DNA from: Prochlorococcus sp. AG-442-N17
GTDB taxonomy: Bacteria > Cyanobacteriota > Cyanobacteriia > PCC-6307 > Cyanobiaceae
Assembly (NCBI GenBank): GCA_003212375.1
Contig: QCPY01000003.1
Span: 12,308 to 76,307 of the forward strand
Reading direction: 5' to 3'
DNA length: 64,000 bases
A model generated the notes under the pieces. It did no database searches, was not told where the DNA came from, and was given only the letters and a program-made list of their open reading frames with translations. The position numbers and the translations under genes are program-made. Below are positions 15,910-26,455 of this stretch, in pieces (the first letter of the stretch is position 1; every line of letters starts with the position of its first letter).

Positions 15910-16875
15910 TTAAAAACTTAATTGATAGTGACTGTATCTCATCAACATTTTTATATCTCTGTGTCCACTGCATGCACTTATCTCCAGAGCATTCATTCCT
16001 GAACCCCACATTCTGCTTATAGCTATATGTCTTAGATCATGAAATCTTAGATTTTCTAAACCTGCTTTCTTCCTTACTCTGTCAAATCCATTTCTTGCAG
16101 ATCCCTTTGTCAGGTTTATTACAATTCCCTCTTTGCTTTTAAAGCTTTTGAGAAGTTCTTTTGCTTTATGGGGTAAAGGAATCATTCTCATGGAACTGGA
16201 ACTTCCTCTTGCCGCACATTCCTTTCTTTGGACATGAAGTCTGTTGTTCTTTAAATCGATATCTCTCCAGTTCAGGCTTAAAAGTTCTGAGCGGCGAAAG
16301 CCAGTGACCAGTGCAAGCTTTGTGAGTCTCAGATGATTTGGGTTGGACATCTCAGACAGTTCATATAGAAGTTTTTTCTCGTCTTGATCAGTGAAAAAAG
16401 GAGCTCTAGCATCTCCAGTCCCTCTCACTCTCAGATGCCTTGCGGGGTTATCTTTTATTTCAGCTCCTCTTTCATCTCTTGCCCAGTCAATCAATACTCT
16501 CAATATCCTCAGTTCCCGCATAACTGTATTTGGTTTCACTTTAAGTAATCTTTCATCTCTCCAGACTGCAAAATGCATTATCTGCAAGTCTTTCAGAGGA
16601 ATATCTCCAAGCCAGCTTTCTGCTGTCACCCTGAGAGGATATTTTTCATTCTCCGCACTGCGGTGCAGCAGAAGAGGACCATTTATATAGTCATTGATTG
16701 CCTCTCCCAGGGTGATAGGGATATCATTTGAAACCTTTTTTGTTCTTTCTTCGACTGCATCTGCCCATGATTGGGCCAGATCTCTGGAAAGAAAAGTTCT
16801 TGACCTAGGGCCTACATAATTCTTCCTTCTGATAAGGACCTGCCAGCGGCTGCCGCTTCTTCTGATTGTTGCCAT
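15910..16875 (-). CDS. Tyrosine recombinase / integrase; likely start ATG 16875
   Basis: TGFRRSEL (R), HDLRH (HxxR), GH, MLMRY (Y); N-terminal arm-binding-like MATIRRSGSRWQVLIRR; GC higher than the flanks. Confidence 0.93.
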   Translation of the reverse strand: MATIRRSGSRWQVLIRRKNYVGPRSRTFLSRDLAQSWADAVEERTKKVSNDIPITLGEAINDYINGPLLLHRSAENEKYPLRVTAESWLGDIPLKDLQIMHFAVWRDERLLKVKPNTVMRELRILRVLIDWARDERGAEIKDNPARHLRVRGTGDARAPFFTDQDEKKLLYELSEMSNPNHLRLTKLALVTGFRRSELLSLNWRDIDLKNNRLHVQRKECAARGSSSSMRMIPLPHKAKELLKSFKSKEGIVINLTKGSARNGFDRVRKKAGLENLRFHDLRHIAISRMWGSGMNALEISACSGHRDIKMLMRYSHYQLSF

Positions 16876-16924
16876 TTTGGTGTCATCGTTTGTGTGATGC
16901 ACCTCCAGATATCTACCTTTAAAA

Positions 16925-16960
16925 CAGAAAAGTGGACCCGAAAACGGACGTCCACTTCTG
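16925..16960 (-). terminator. Strong hairpin between tRNA-Thr and the integrase (terminator-like on the minus strand)
   Basis: AAGTGGAC-CCG-AAAA-CGG-AC-GTCCACTT; on the minus strand the stem runs into TTTTCTGTTTT. Confidence 0.55.
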
Positions 16961-17015
16961 AATAATTTCTTTCTGCGATAGTGGTAATCTCACTGATACC
17001 AAGCTATCCCGCGAG

Positions 17016-17087
<72 letters not shown>

Positions 17088-17097
17088 AATTTTAAAG

Positions 17098-17179
17098 TGG
17101 GCCGGGTTGGATTTGAACCAACGTAGGCAGAGCCAGCGGATTTACAGTCCGCCCCCTTTAACCACTCGGGCACCGACCC
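17098..17179 (-). tRNA. trnY: tRNA-Tyr(GTA)
   Basis: GGGTCGGTGCCCGAGTGG...GCGGACTGTAAATCCGC...GTTCAAATCCAACCCGGCCCA with a long variable arm. Confidence 0.97.
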
Positions 17180-17279
17180 CCACTATTTGAACTTATCAGT
17201 TAATGGTCACTTTGTGTGAAAATGTTTTGGTTTTTTTGTTTCTTTCTAGATAACATTTGTAAATGAAAGACTTTTTTAG

Positions 17280-17723
17280 ATGATGAATATCTTATTGATA
17301 AATGGACCAAATCTAAACCTTTTGGGGACTAGAGAACCTGAAATATATGGGAATAAAACACTGAGTGATATTGAGCAAGACTTAAATATAGCTGCAGAAA
17401 GTAAAGGTGCTTTTCTAGAATGTTTTCAAAGTAATCATGAAGGTGAAATAGTTGACAAAATTCATGATTCTGTTAATAAAATTCAAGGCATTCTTATTAA
17501 TGCTGGCGCTTTTACTCATACCTCTATTTCCATTAGAGATGCGTTAATTGGATCAAAAATTCCATTTGTAGAGTTACATATTTCAAATATTTTTAGTAGA
17601 GAAGATTTTCGTAAAGAATCTTTTCTTACAGATAAAGCGATAGGAATAATAAGTGGATTCGGGATATCTAGTTATTCTTTGGCTCTTGATGGAATAATTG
17701 AATATTTAAGAAGTAAAGATTAA
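17280..17723 (+). CDS. aroQ: Type II 3-dehydroquinate dehydratase
   Basis: [29 protein letters not shown]. Confidence 0.97.
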   Translation: MMNILLINGPNLNLLGTREPEIYGNKTLSDIEQDLNIAAESKGAFLECFQSNHEGEIVDKIHDSVNKIQGILINAGAFTHTSISIRDALIGSKIPFVELHISNIFSREDFRKESFLTDKAIGIISGFGISSYSLALDGIIEYLRSKD

Positions 17724-18332
17724 ATGCTAGTTGATTTTAAAAGGCCTTCTTCTCATATTAAATATTTATCATCATTAACTTCTGATGAGTGGATCAAACT
17801 CGCATTATCTAATCCAATAGAGATTCTTATTGACCATGCACACTGCGAGCGAAAAGCTGCAGGTGTAGCTGTTCAATTAATGTTTAGATATCCTTCTGAA
17901 CCAAATTTATCTGAAGTATTGAGTCCAATTGCAAGGGAAGAATTAGAGCATTTTGAAAAAATACTTTATTTTCTGAAGGAACTTGGCCATTCTCTCAAGG
18001 CTTTAAAACCACCTCCATATGGTGCTGAATTGGCTAAGAATATAAGAAAGGATGAACCTAATAGAATGCTCGATAGTTTTTTAATCGCAGGACTGATTGA
18101 AGCAAGAAGTCATGAAAGATTAGCCTTGCTAACGCTGAATTCTGAAAAAGAATCTTTTAAAGTCCTTTATGAGTCTTTGCTTGAGAGTGAAGCAAGACAC
18201 TTTGGGATTTATTGGAAACTTGCGCAAAATAAATTCTCTAAAAATCAAACTTTCAAAAGGTTAGAGGAATTGTCTAAAATTGAATCAGAAATCCTTGCTG
18301 AGACTTATATGATGCCAAGGGTCCATAGCTAG
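17724..18332 (+). CDS. miaE: tRNA-(ms2io6A) hydroxylase
   Basis: DHAHCERKAA, EELEHF, IEARSHER, EARH. Confidence 0.93.
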   Translation: MLVDFKRPSSHIKYLSSLTSDEWIKLALSNPIEILIDHAHCERKAAGVAVQLMFRYPSEPNLSEVLSPIAREELEHFEKILYFLKELGHSLKALKPPPYGAELAKNIRKDEPNRMLDSFLIAGLIEARSHERLALLTLNSEKESFKVLYESLLESEARHFGIYWKLAQNKFSKNQTFKRLEELSKIESEILAETYMMPRVHS

Positions 18333-18349
18333 AAATAATTAAATTAAGA

Positions 18350-19105
18350 ATGTTAATAAAACAATTTTTAAAAGTATTTACAGGTTATAAAAGTGATTCA
18401 GCATCATTGACTGTAGTTGGGGTTGGGCCTGGAGATCCATCACTTTTAACAATTGCTGCTTTAAATGCAATAAAAAAAGCTAAAGTTATAGTCTTTCCAA
18501 TATCAGATGATAATAAAAAGAGTTTTGCTGCAGAAATAGTCAAGAAACATACCAAATTTAAAAAAAATGTACCTATCATCTTTCCAATGGCAAGGGAGGG
18601 TTTTGATCCTGATGAAATATGGTCAAATGCTGTTAAAAAAATTGTGAAATTTATAAAAAATGGTAAATCAGTTGTTTTACTTTGTCTTGGCGATACTTCG
18701 CTGTTTGCAAGTTCTTCGAATATTTTGAGGATAATAAAAAATACTTATCCCGAAATTATCACCAAAACTATACCCGGTATTTCTTCTCTTTCAGCAGCAG
18801 CAGCCTTGAATGATTTTGATTTAGTTAAAAAAGGAGAGACGTTGATAATCAAAGAATGCCCCTCTTCCAATTCAGAATTAACATCCCTTATAAGGGAAAT
18901 TAAAGGAAATAAAACTGTTTTAGCAATTATGAAAGTTGGGAAAAGATGGAATTTAGTAAGAGAAATCTTAAAAAAAGAGGACATTATCAGTAAATCACTT
19001 ATAGCTTTAAGTGTTGGTATGCCTAATCAAATTATTCAATATGCTTCTCAATATAAAAAGGACTTCATGCCTTATTTCTCTTTGATTTTGATAAGGTTTG
19101 ATTAA
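18350..19105 (+). CDS. cobI: Precorrin-2 C20-methyltransferase
   Basis: VGVGPGDPSLLT, LGD, IPGISS. Confidence 0.9.
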   Translation: MLIKQFLKVFTGYKSDSASLTVVGVGPGDPSLLTIAALNAIKKAKVIVFPISDDNKKSFAAEIVKKHTKFKKNVPIIFPMAREGFDPDEIWSNAVKKIVKFIKNGKSVVLLCLGDTSLFASSSNILRIIKNTYPEIITKTIPGISSLSAAAALNDFDLVKKGETLIIKECPSSNSELTSLIREIKGNKTVLAIMKVGKRWNLVREILKKEDIISKSLIALSVGMPNQIIQYASQYKKDFMPYFSLILIRFD

Positions 19106-19590
19106 TGAGTAAAAAGGAAAATTTCGACGGGAAACAACTTACATGGCCAATATCTAGGAAACTATTGTTTCTAGTACTCGAAGATAAAGTTAGTGATGTA
19201 TTTGTTTGTGAATTGGTCTGGGAAAGACTTTTTTATATTAGAGAAAAAAATACGCATAATTGGATTTCTAGTGAATTAACTCCTGCTTATTGGTCAGAAA
19301 AGTTCGTAAAAGCTCCTCAAATCATTTCAGAGCGAATAGCATCTGTACATTTGACCCGATCAATTCCGAAAGAGCACAAACAGGGATTGAAAAATTTTCT
19401 TAATTTTGAAGGTTATAAAATTAACGAACTTTATCCAAGAAGAACTAGAAGAGCCACCGGAGTAAATTGGTTGATTTATTGGGCTATTAAAAATAATTGT
19501 TTCTCGAATGATAATGATTTAATCCCAAGTCCGAGTTCACCGCCTGTTAATCCAGCAAAAGGACATTTTGGTGATCCAGAAATCAAATAA
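19105..19590 (+). CDS. DUF1823 family protein
   Basis: SVHLTRSIPKEHKQ...YPRRTRRAT, conserved cyanobacterial sequence. Confidence 0.8.
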   Translation: MSKKENFDGKQLTWPISRKLLFLVLEDKVSDVFVCELVWERLFYIREKNTHNWISSELTPAYWSEKFVKAPQIISERIASVHLTRSIPKEHKQGLKNFLNFEGYKINELYPRRTRRATGVNWLIYWAIKNNCFSNDNDLIPSPSSPPVNPAKGHFGDPEIK

Positions 19591-19663
19591 ATCTTCTCTT
19601 TTTAGAGAAAATTATTGTATTAAGGTTATAGTTGTATTAAATCAAAATTTCTTAGGGGCATAA

Positions 19664-21040
19664 TTGACTCTTCCATCAATAGCAATAATCGGAAGACCTA
19701 ATGTTGGCAAGTCTACTTTGGTTAATAGGATATGCCAAAGTAATGATGCCATTGTATTTGATAAACCTGGAGTTACTAGAGATAGAACTTATCACAAAGC
19801 TTTTTGGGGAGGGAAGGAATTCCAAGTTGTTGATACAGGAGGACTAGTCTTTGAAGATGATAGTGAATTTCTTCCTGAGATTCGTACACAAGTTTTTTTA
19901 GCATTAGAAGAGGCTTCTCTTGCTTTATTTGTAGTTGATGGGAATCAAGGAGTTACTGATGGAGATATGTCAATAGCAAAATGGCTAAGGAATTCAGCTT
20001 GTAAAACAATTGTTGCAGTTAATAAATGTGAATCTATATCTTTAGGGGTTTCTTTGGCTTCTGAATTCTGGAAATTGGGATTAGGTGAACCTTATCCTAT
20101 ATCTGCGATTCATGGCTCGGGAACCGGAGATCTTTTAGATCTTGTTATTGATGGACTTCCTGAAGATTTTAATCTTGAGGATAAAGAAGATAAAATAATG
20201 TTGTCTATTATTGGAAGACCAAATGTTGGTAAATCTAGTTTGCTAAATGCTATATGCGGAGAAAAAAGAGCAATAGTTAGTGACATAAGTGGGACAACAA
20301 CTGATTCAATAGATACTCTTATCAAGAAAGATTCCCATCTCTGGAGAATAGTTGATACTGCGGGAATAAGAAGGAAAAAAAATGTAAAATATGGTACTGA
20401 ATTTTTTGGAATTAATAGAGCTTTTAAATCTATTGATAGAAGCGATGTTTGCGTCTTAGTTATAGATGCTATAGATGGAGTAACTGATCAAGATCAGAAA
20501 TTGGCGGGGAGAATAGAAGAGCAAGGTAGAGCATGTGTAATCGTAATAAATAAGTGGGATCTTGTGGAGAAGAATAATTCTACAATCTATCAAGTAGAGA
20601 AAGATATTAGATCAAAATTATATTTTTTGCATTGGTCAAAAATGATTTTTATATCCGCTTTGACTGGTCAAAGAGTTGAAAATATTTTTGAGCATGCTCT
20701 AAGCGCTGTAACCCAACATAAAATGAGAGTCACGACATCAGTTGTTAATGAAGTTCTAAAGGAAGCTTTAGGATGGAAAAGTCCACCAACAAAGAGAAGC
20801 GGGAAACAAGGAAGACTTTACTATGGCACTCAAGTGACAAACCAGCCTCCAACTTTTACTCTTTTTGTAAATGACCCCAAATTGTTTGGAAAAACATATA
20901 GAAGGTATATAGAAAAACAAATTAGGTTAAATCTAGGGTTTGAAGGCTCCCCTATAATATTACTTTGGAGAGGGAAGCAGCAAAGAGATCTAGAAAAGGA
21001 GACATCCAAAAAGAATATTGATCTTATTCAAAAAGATTGA
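19664..21040 (+). CDS. der: Ribosome biogenesis GTPase Der
   Basis: Two GRPNVGKS P-loops. Confidence 0.97.
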   Translation: MTLPSIAIIGRPNVGKSTLVNRICQSNDAIVFDKPGVTRDRTYHKAFWGGKEFQVVDTGGLVFEDDSEFLPEIRTQVFLALEEASLALFVVDGNQGVTDGDMSIAKWLRNSACKTIVAVNKCESISLGVSLASEFWKLGLGEPYPISAIHGSGTGDLLDLVIDGLPEDFNLEDKEDKIMLSIIGRPNVGKSSLLNAICGEKRAIVSDISGTTTDSIDTLIKKDSHLWRIVDTAGIRRKKNVKYGTEFFGINRAFKSIDRSDVCVLVIDAIDGVTDQDQKLAGRIEEQGRACVIVINKWDLVEKNNSTIYQVEKDIRSKLYFLHWSKMIFISALTGQRVENIFEHALSAVTQHKMRVTTSVVNEVLKEALGWKSPPTKRSGKQGRLYYGTQVTNQPPTFTLFVNDPKLFGKTYRRYIEKQIRLNLGFEGSPIILLWRGKQQRDLEKETSKKNIDLIQKD

Positions 21041-21954
21041 TGAATATTCTTACTAAATTTTCTATTGGACAGTATGTTGATGGCAATAGAAGTTGGTTAA
21101 GAGTTGTCGATAGTAGATTAAAGATAATATCAGTATTGATTTTTTTAATTACTCCAATCTGGGCAGGCACATTGTGGAGATTAAGTTTAGTTGTTTGTTT
21201 AATAATTCTTACTTTTGTAAGTTTATTACCCTCTAGAGTTTGGTGGCGATCACTAGTTTTTCTTGTGGGACTATCATTGTTAGTTGGATTTCTATCATTA
21301 ATAGCTACATCTGATGTTCAAACTCTTGATATCCCTTTAAGAGATCCTAATGAATTGAATTTGGCTTTAGAAAGTCAGGTAAAATGGAATATTTTAGAAA
21401 TTCCATCTAAGAAAATAGGATTTATAGTTCTTGGTCCTTATTATTTATCAAGAAAAGCTTTTGAATTAGGAATAAAAACATCAACTTTAATTTTCACTGT
21501 TATTCATAGTGTGAATTTGATGCTTCTGACAACATTACAAGAGGATATAGTCTGGGCATTAAGTTGGTTTATGAATCCTTTGAGAAAAATTGGATTACCT
21601 GTTGATAAATGGCTTTTTCAATTACTTTTAGCTTTGCGCTTTATCCCTCTTGTCCAGGAGGAATTGCAAAATATACTCAAATCAGTATCCGTTAGATCAA
21701 TAAATCTTAGAAGTTTAGGATTTAAGAAATCTTTTAATGTTTTATTAACAGTATTTGAAAGATTGTTTAAAAATATATTCTTAAGAATTGATCAAGGTGC
21801 TGATTCATTACTCTCTAAAAAAAATATCCTTATAAAAACTGATAGATTTAAAACTTGTGAAAAGAAAAATTATCCAACTTTTATTTTTAATTCATTATCG
21901 ATATGTTTTATTTGCATAGCAATTTTTCTTAGAAAACAGTATGGTGCATTATAA
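21037..21954 (+). CDS. ECF transporter T component (CbiQ family)
   Basis: Hydrophobic; [16 protein letters not shown]. Confidence 0.85.
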   Translation: MMNILTKFSIGQYVDGNRSWLRVVDSRLKIISVLIFLITPIWAGTLWRLSLVVCLIILTFVSLLPSRVWWRSLVFLVGLSLLVGFLSLIATSDVQTLDIPLRDPNELNLALESQVKWNILEIPSKKIGFIVLGPYYLSRKAFELGIKTSTLIFTVIHSVNLMLLTTLQEDIVWALSWFMNPLRKIGLPVDKWLFQLLLALRFIPLVQEELQNILKSVSVRSINLRSLGFKKSFNVLLTVFERLFKNIFLRIDQGADSLLSKKNILIKTDRFKTCEKKNYPTFIFNSLSICFICIAIFLRKQYGAL

Positions 21955-21972
21955 ATAACATAATATTTTAGT

Positions 21973-22239
21973 TTGAGTTCAGAGCGTTATTTAAATCATC
22001 CAACATTCGGAATGTTGTATCAAGTTTCTCCTGGTAATGAGGGAAAAGATATTTATGCGACTTTATACGCACAAAAAATGTTTTTTTTAGTCGAAATTAA
22101 GCAAAGAGAAGTTTCTTTTGAAGTTATACCTTATTTAGATGCTCGAAATCAGTCTGAATTAAACTTGCAAAGAGCAAAAAGAGAAGGATCAGAAGATTTT
22201 CTAAAATGGGATAATTTATTTAAACAAACGTTTTTGTAA
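21973..22239 (+). CDS. pipX: PII/NtcA-interacting protein PipX
   Basis: ERYLNHPTFGMLY...YAQKMFF. Confidence 0.93.
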   Translation: MSSERYLNHPTFGMLYQVSPGNEGKDIYATLYAQKMFFLVEIKQREVSFEVIPYLDARNQSELNLQRAKREGSEDFLKWDNLFKQTFL

Positions 22240-22242
22240 AAT

Positions 22243-22881
22243 TTGGAAATTTCAAATTACATACAAATAAAAAATAAATTACCACTTGATGTAAATTTAC
22301 TCGCTGTGAGTAAGGGTTTTAGTAGTCAAGAAATCAGAATTATTAATAATGAAGGTCAAAAAGATTTTGGTGAAAGTAGATTTCAAGAAGCTAATCAGAA
22401 GCAACTTTTATTAAAAGATTTTAAAAATATAAAATGGCACTTTATTGGAAGAGTGCAGAGTAACAAAATCCGAAAAATAGTGCAAAATTTTGAATATATT
22501 CATTCTGTAGATTCATTTGAAAAGTTATTAAAGATTTCACAGGTTTCAATTGAAGAAAATAAAAATCCATTAATAATGTTGCAAGTCAAATTATGTGATG
22601 ATCCAAGTAAAGGTGGGTTTAATCCAAAAGTATTAATAGAAAAATGGGATCAGATTCAACAATTTAAAAGCATTAAGATTAAAGGACTTATGACTATTAA
22701 TCCAAAAGGTTTGAGTTCAAAAGAAAATATTAAACTTTTTAAAGAATGCCGTAAACTTGCAGATTCTCTTAAACTTCACGATTGTTCAATGGGAATGTCC
22801 GGAGACTGGGAGGAAGCGGTTGAGGCGGGTTCAACGTGGTTAAGATTAGGATCTATAATCTTTGGGAATAGATCATATTAG
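22243..22881 (+). CDS. pipY: PLP homeostasis protein (YggS/PipY)
   Basis: LAVSK, WHFIG, SMGMSGDW; follows pipX. Confidence 0.93.
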   Translation: MEISNYIQIKNKLPLDVNLLAVSKGFSSQEIRIINNEGQKDFGESRFQEANQKQLLLKDFKNIKWHFIGRVQSNKIRKIVQNFEYIHSVDSFEKLLKISQVSIEENKNPLIMLQVKLCDDPSKGGFNPKVLIEKWDQIQQFKSIKIKGLMTINPKGLSSKENIKLFKECRKLADSLKLHDCSMGMSGDWEEAVEAGSTWLRLGSIIFGNRSY

Positions 22882-23039
22882 TTAGTAATTAATTATATTT
22901 TATAAAAATCTTGTTTTTTAACTTGCGGTTAACTATAACTAACGTTATTTAAGTATAGGTAGTTTATTCATTAATAAAAAATGGATGTATTACTTAAGGT
23001 TTTTTGGCCTTAGTTATCAATTTCAAGAGGACTTAAAAG

Positions 23040-23612
23040 GTGTCACTTATTTCTCGATTAAAGGCAGTTGTTGCAGGTGATGATTATTTGGATGATGACT
23101 TCGATGAGTTGGATTATGCATCAGAAAATGAATTGAATGGTGTAAGCGATTTCAAACAAAATCAAAAAAATAGACATGCCCTTTCTAATTCAAATCCATT
23201 TGAATTTATGAATAATAGATCATCAAATGTAGTCGGAATGCCTGGTATATCTAATTCATCTTCTGAGGTTAGCTTAATGGAACCAAGAAGTTTTGATGAA
23301 ATGCCTCAAGCTATTCAGGCACTAAGAGAGAGAAAGACGGTAATTCTAAATTTGACAATGATGGATCCTGATCAAGCACAAAGAGCTGTTGATTTTGTGG
23401 CAGGAGGTACATATGCAATGGATGGTCACCAAGAAAGAGTTGGGGAAAGCATTTTTCTTTTCGCCCCTAGCTGTGTAAACGTAACTAGTTCTTTCCAGGA
23501 AGAAGCTTCTCCTTCCAATGTTTCAAGTGAAAAGTTATCTTCTCATACTCTAGAAACTAATCTAACTCCAAAACCAGCTTGGGGAGAATCAAAATTATCT
23601 GCATTTTCTTAA
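23040..23612 (+). CDS. sepF: Cell division protein SepF
   Basis: EPRSFDEM...[11 protein letters not shown]. Confidence 0.95.
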   Translation: MSLISRLKAVVAGDDYLDDDFDELDYASENELNGVSDFKQNQKNRHALSNSNPFEFMNNRSSNVVGMPGISNSSSEVSLMEPRSFDEMPQAIQALRERKTVILNLTMMDPDQAQRAVDFVAGGTYAMDGHQERVGESIFLFAPSCVNVTSSFQEEASPSNVSSEKLSSHTLETNLTPKPAWGESKLSAFS

Positions 23613-23619
23613 TTAATTT

Positions 23620-24426
23620 GTGTCTAGTAAAATCGCGGTAATTGGTTTTGGAAATATTGCGAAAGCTATAATCACTCCTCTATTTGAAAACAAGTTGCTA
23701 AATCCAGAGGATGTTTACTGTTTAGTAAATTCAAAAAAAAGTTTAGAAAAAATTAAAAAAAACTATAATTATGACATTAATATTTTTCAGGCAAATACTA
23801 AAGATTCAGAGATAATCTGGGATTGCCAATTCAAACTTCTCTCTGTTAAGCCTCAGCAACTTAAAAATATTATTGAAGTAAATAAAAATAAAAGAAATTT
23901 ATTGGTCTCAATATTAGCTGGCGTTTCTTTAGAAAATCTTGTAAAAAAATTTCCAAATCATAAATGTGTTAGGGTCGTTACTAATATTCCAATAACAATT
24001 GGTAAGGGTTTAACTGGAATTTCATGGGGAGAAGGAATTACCGAAGATCAGAAGAATTTTATAAAAAGATTATTTGAAAACTCCAGTAAAATTTATGAAT
24101 TTCCTGAATATTTACTTGATATTTTTTTAGCATTAACATCTTCGGGACCTGCAATAATTGCCTTGATCATTGAAGCTTTAAGTGACGGAGGTTTAAGTGG
24201 TGGATTGCAAAAACAACTTTCTGAAGAACTTGTAATGGAGATGATTTTAGGAACTGTTAGTTTAATAAAAGATACTAATTTAACAACTGCCGAACTTAAG
24301 AATATGGTAACCTCTCCTGGAGGTACTACAATATCAGCATTAAGGGTTTTGGAAAATAAGAGTTTAAGATCTGCTTTAATCGAGGCAGTAGTTGCTGCAA
24401 GTAATCGAAGTAAGGAATTTAGTTAA
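23620..24426 (+). CDS. proC: Pyrroline-5-carboxylate reductase
   Basis: IGFGN, VKPQ, VTSPGGTT. Confidence 0.95.
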   Translation: MSSKIAVIGFGNIAKAIITPLFENKLLNPEDVYCLVNSKKSLEKIKKNYNYDINIFQANTKDSEIIWDCQFKLLSVKPQQLKNIIEVNKNKRNLLVSILAGVSLENLVKKFPNHKCVRVVTNIPITIGKGLTGISWGEGITEDQKNFIKRLFENSSKIYEFPEYLLDIFLALTSSGPAIIALIIEALSDGGLSGGLQKQLSEELVMEMILGTVSLIKDTNLTTAELKNMVTSPGGTTISALRVLENKSLRSALIEAVVAASNRSKEFS

Positions 24427-25590
24427 TTATTTAATATCCTTTATAGAATCTAAATATAATTTTTCAAGAGCTTCGATATTTTTTTTAATTGTATATCTTT
24501 CAATTACTCTTGCCCTTCCTTTTTCCCCTAGAACTTTTGTGAATGAGGGATGATCTACTAAAATTGGAATTATAGTTTTTAATTGAGTTACAACATTTTC
24601 AGTTGAGATCACAATGCCTGCTCCATTGTCTAAAACTTCACCATCAGCTCCAGCATCTGTGGCAACACATGCTGTGCTAGTAGACATCGCCTCTAAAAGT
24701 GATAAGGATAGTCCCTCCACTAAACTTGGTAAAATAAATACTTCTGCTATTTGCATGATTGCTACTCTGGTTTCTAAATCCATTTCTGCTCCCCACCAAA
24801 CTAATTTATCTTTCCCTAGGTTAGAAAAACTGTTCTCCAAAGTCGGCTTCATTGGTCCGTCTCCAATAATTACAAGTTTGCAGTTATTGGTTTTTGTTTG
24901 ACGCCAAGATTTTAAAAGTGCTTCAATATTTTTTTCATTGGCAATTCTACCCATATATACAAAAATTCTTCCTTCCCCTAGCTTACTTTTAACTAAATTA
25001 TATTTTTTACTTTTTACTGTCATTGGTTGCCAAATATTTTCATCAACTCCATTAGGAATAATTATTTGTTTTTTTTTATTAACACCTAGTTTTTCGAGAA
25101 GTTCTCTTTGAGTTTCAGAAAAAACGATAATTTTGTCAAATTTTGCAAGAGAGGGAGCATAGAGCTGATAAGTTAATTGTTGAGTACTCGCAGTTAAGTT
25201 TCTATTGTTTTTATCGAATGCGGGATGAAATGTGCCTATCAGTGGAAGGTTAATTTCTTTACAAAGTTCAGGTAACCTAAAGTCTAAAGGAGATAAAGTC
25301 AAACTTGCATGAACTATATCAGGCTTTAATCTATCCAATGAAACTCTTAATTCTTTTTCTGCTCTTGGAGAAGGGATTGTGTAAACTTGGGATTTAATTA
25401 AGTATGGAAGACTCACCTCAGGATCATTGGCTAAAAATAAGGGTTTAGAGTTATTTGAATTAGAAGGATTATCAAAATGTATAAAACTTACTTTATGGCC
25501 TTTATCTTTTAATTGTTCGGTAGTTAAATTTCCATAACTTACATTTCCACAAAAGGGAGATTTTTTACCTAACCAAGCAACATGAACCAC
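24427..25590 (-). CDS. Glycosyltransferase family 4
   Basis: IPNGVD, GRIANEKN, PSLVEGLSLSLLEAM. Confidence 0.9.
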   Translation of the reverse strand: MVHVAWLGKKSPFCGNVSYGNLTTEQLKDKGHKVSFIHFDNPSNSNNSKPLFLANDPEVSLPYLIKSQVYTIPSPRAEKELRVSLDRLKPDIVHASLTLSPLDFRLPELCKEINLPLIGTFHPAFDKNNRNLTASTQQLTYQLYAPSLAKFDKIIVFSETQRELLEKLGVNKKKQIIIPNGVDENIWQPMTVKSKKYNLVKSKLGEGRIFVYMGRIANEKNIEALLKSWRQTKTNNCKLVIIGDGPMKPTLENSFSNLGKDKLVWWGAEMDLETRVAIMQIAEVFILPSLVEGLSLSLLEAMSTSTACVATDAGADGEVLDNGAGIVISTENVVTQLKTIIPILVDHPSFTKVLGEKGRARVIERYTIKKNIEALEKLYLDSIKDIK

Positions 25591-25675
25591 ATGAAATTTC
25601 TTTACTATTTATAAAGTTACCAGTCAAAGTTAGAAACAACTATATCTTTTAATTTAGTAACAGTTTTAGCTTTAA

Positions 25676-26455
25676 TTACCGGTAAAAGTCTCTTAATATT
25701 TTTAGTGATGATAATTCTTTTTCTAATTGGGCATAGATCCAACTTTCAATAATTGATAAAATTTTAAGCCAAACTTTTTTAGGCCCTAATAATTCTCCAT
25801 TTGATTTGATTGGTAATTCTGGGAAAAGAAGCCTTTGTAGAAGAGCTATTTCAGATGCATTAACTTTCAATATACTTGCTGAATCTTCTATTGTAGAAAA
25901 TCCTTCATTTGGTAAATAGTGACATTGCCAATCCCATTTACCTAATGGTGGGATGATAGGTTGTCCTGTTTTGCAGCAAAAATTTACAGGCATATTTATC
26001 CCTCCAATCGCTAATAAGTGAATTAAAGATTGAATACTGATGGAAAGCATTTTGAAGTCTTCTTTATTCACATTGTTATATTCGTTAATTCTATCTAAGT
26101 GAATAAGTACACTAGATAAATAACTTTCTTGCTTATCGTTGTTTCCTACCAATAAAAACGTCAATTCTGTTATTGCTTGTGCTGCGGCAAGACTCTCAAT
26201 ATTCTTACCCAATCCATTAAAGCTTTTAAGTATTTTAATCTGGCGAACAGATTTAAGACTACTTTTCCCAAAGATTTGAAAACTTAAATATGTTAATGGA
26301 GTTGCTGCCGCAAGACTACTTTTAGGACGCCTAGCTCCTGGAGCTGCGAGTCTAATAATACCTTGGTTATCTGTTAAAACAGTTATTAATCTTCCAGTTT
26401 CTCCTAGGGGACTAGCTTTAATACAGAGACCTTCAATTCTAGTTTCACCTGACAT
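25676..26455 (-). CDS. recO: DNA repair protein RecO
   Basis: PLGETGRLITVLT...APGARRPKSSL. Confidence 0.9.
   Translation of the reverse strand: MSGETRIEGLCIKASPLGETGRLITVLTDNQGIIRLAAPGARRPKSSLAAATPLTYLSFQIFGKSSLKSVRQIKILKSFNGLGKNIESLAAAQAITELTFLLVGNNDKQESYLSSVLIHLDRINEYNNVNKEDFKMLSISIQSLIHLLAIGGINMPVNFCCKTGQPIIPPLGKWDWQCHYLPNEGFSTIEDSASILKVNASEIALLQRLLFPELPIKSNGELLGPKKVWLKILSIIESWIYAQLEKELSSLKILRDFYR

Larger units (their letters stand above)
1..17015. mobile_element. Genomic island / integrative element (right part) at the 3' end of tRNA-Thr(GGT); continues past the left window edge
   Basis: Tyrosine integrase directly downstream of the tRNA 3' end; non-core cargo (TPR, CHAT, AAA/vWA); core gene order starts at aroQ on the other side of the tRNAs; no second att copy seen in the window. 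Confidence 0.8.

Noticed and set aside
470-16875. Motif as an integron attC or shufflon-type recombination site for the tyrosine recombinase
   Set aside because: Not palindromic, spacer sequence unconserved with variable length, and fixed distance and orientation to start codons all fit a promoter better. Not formally excluded.
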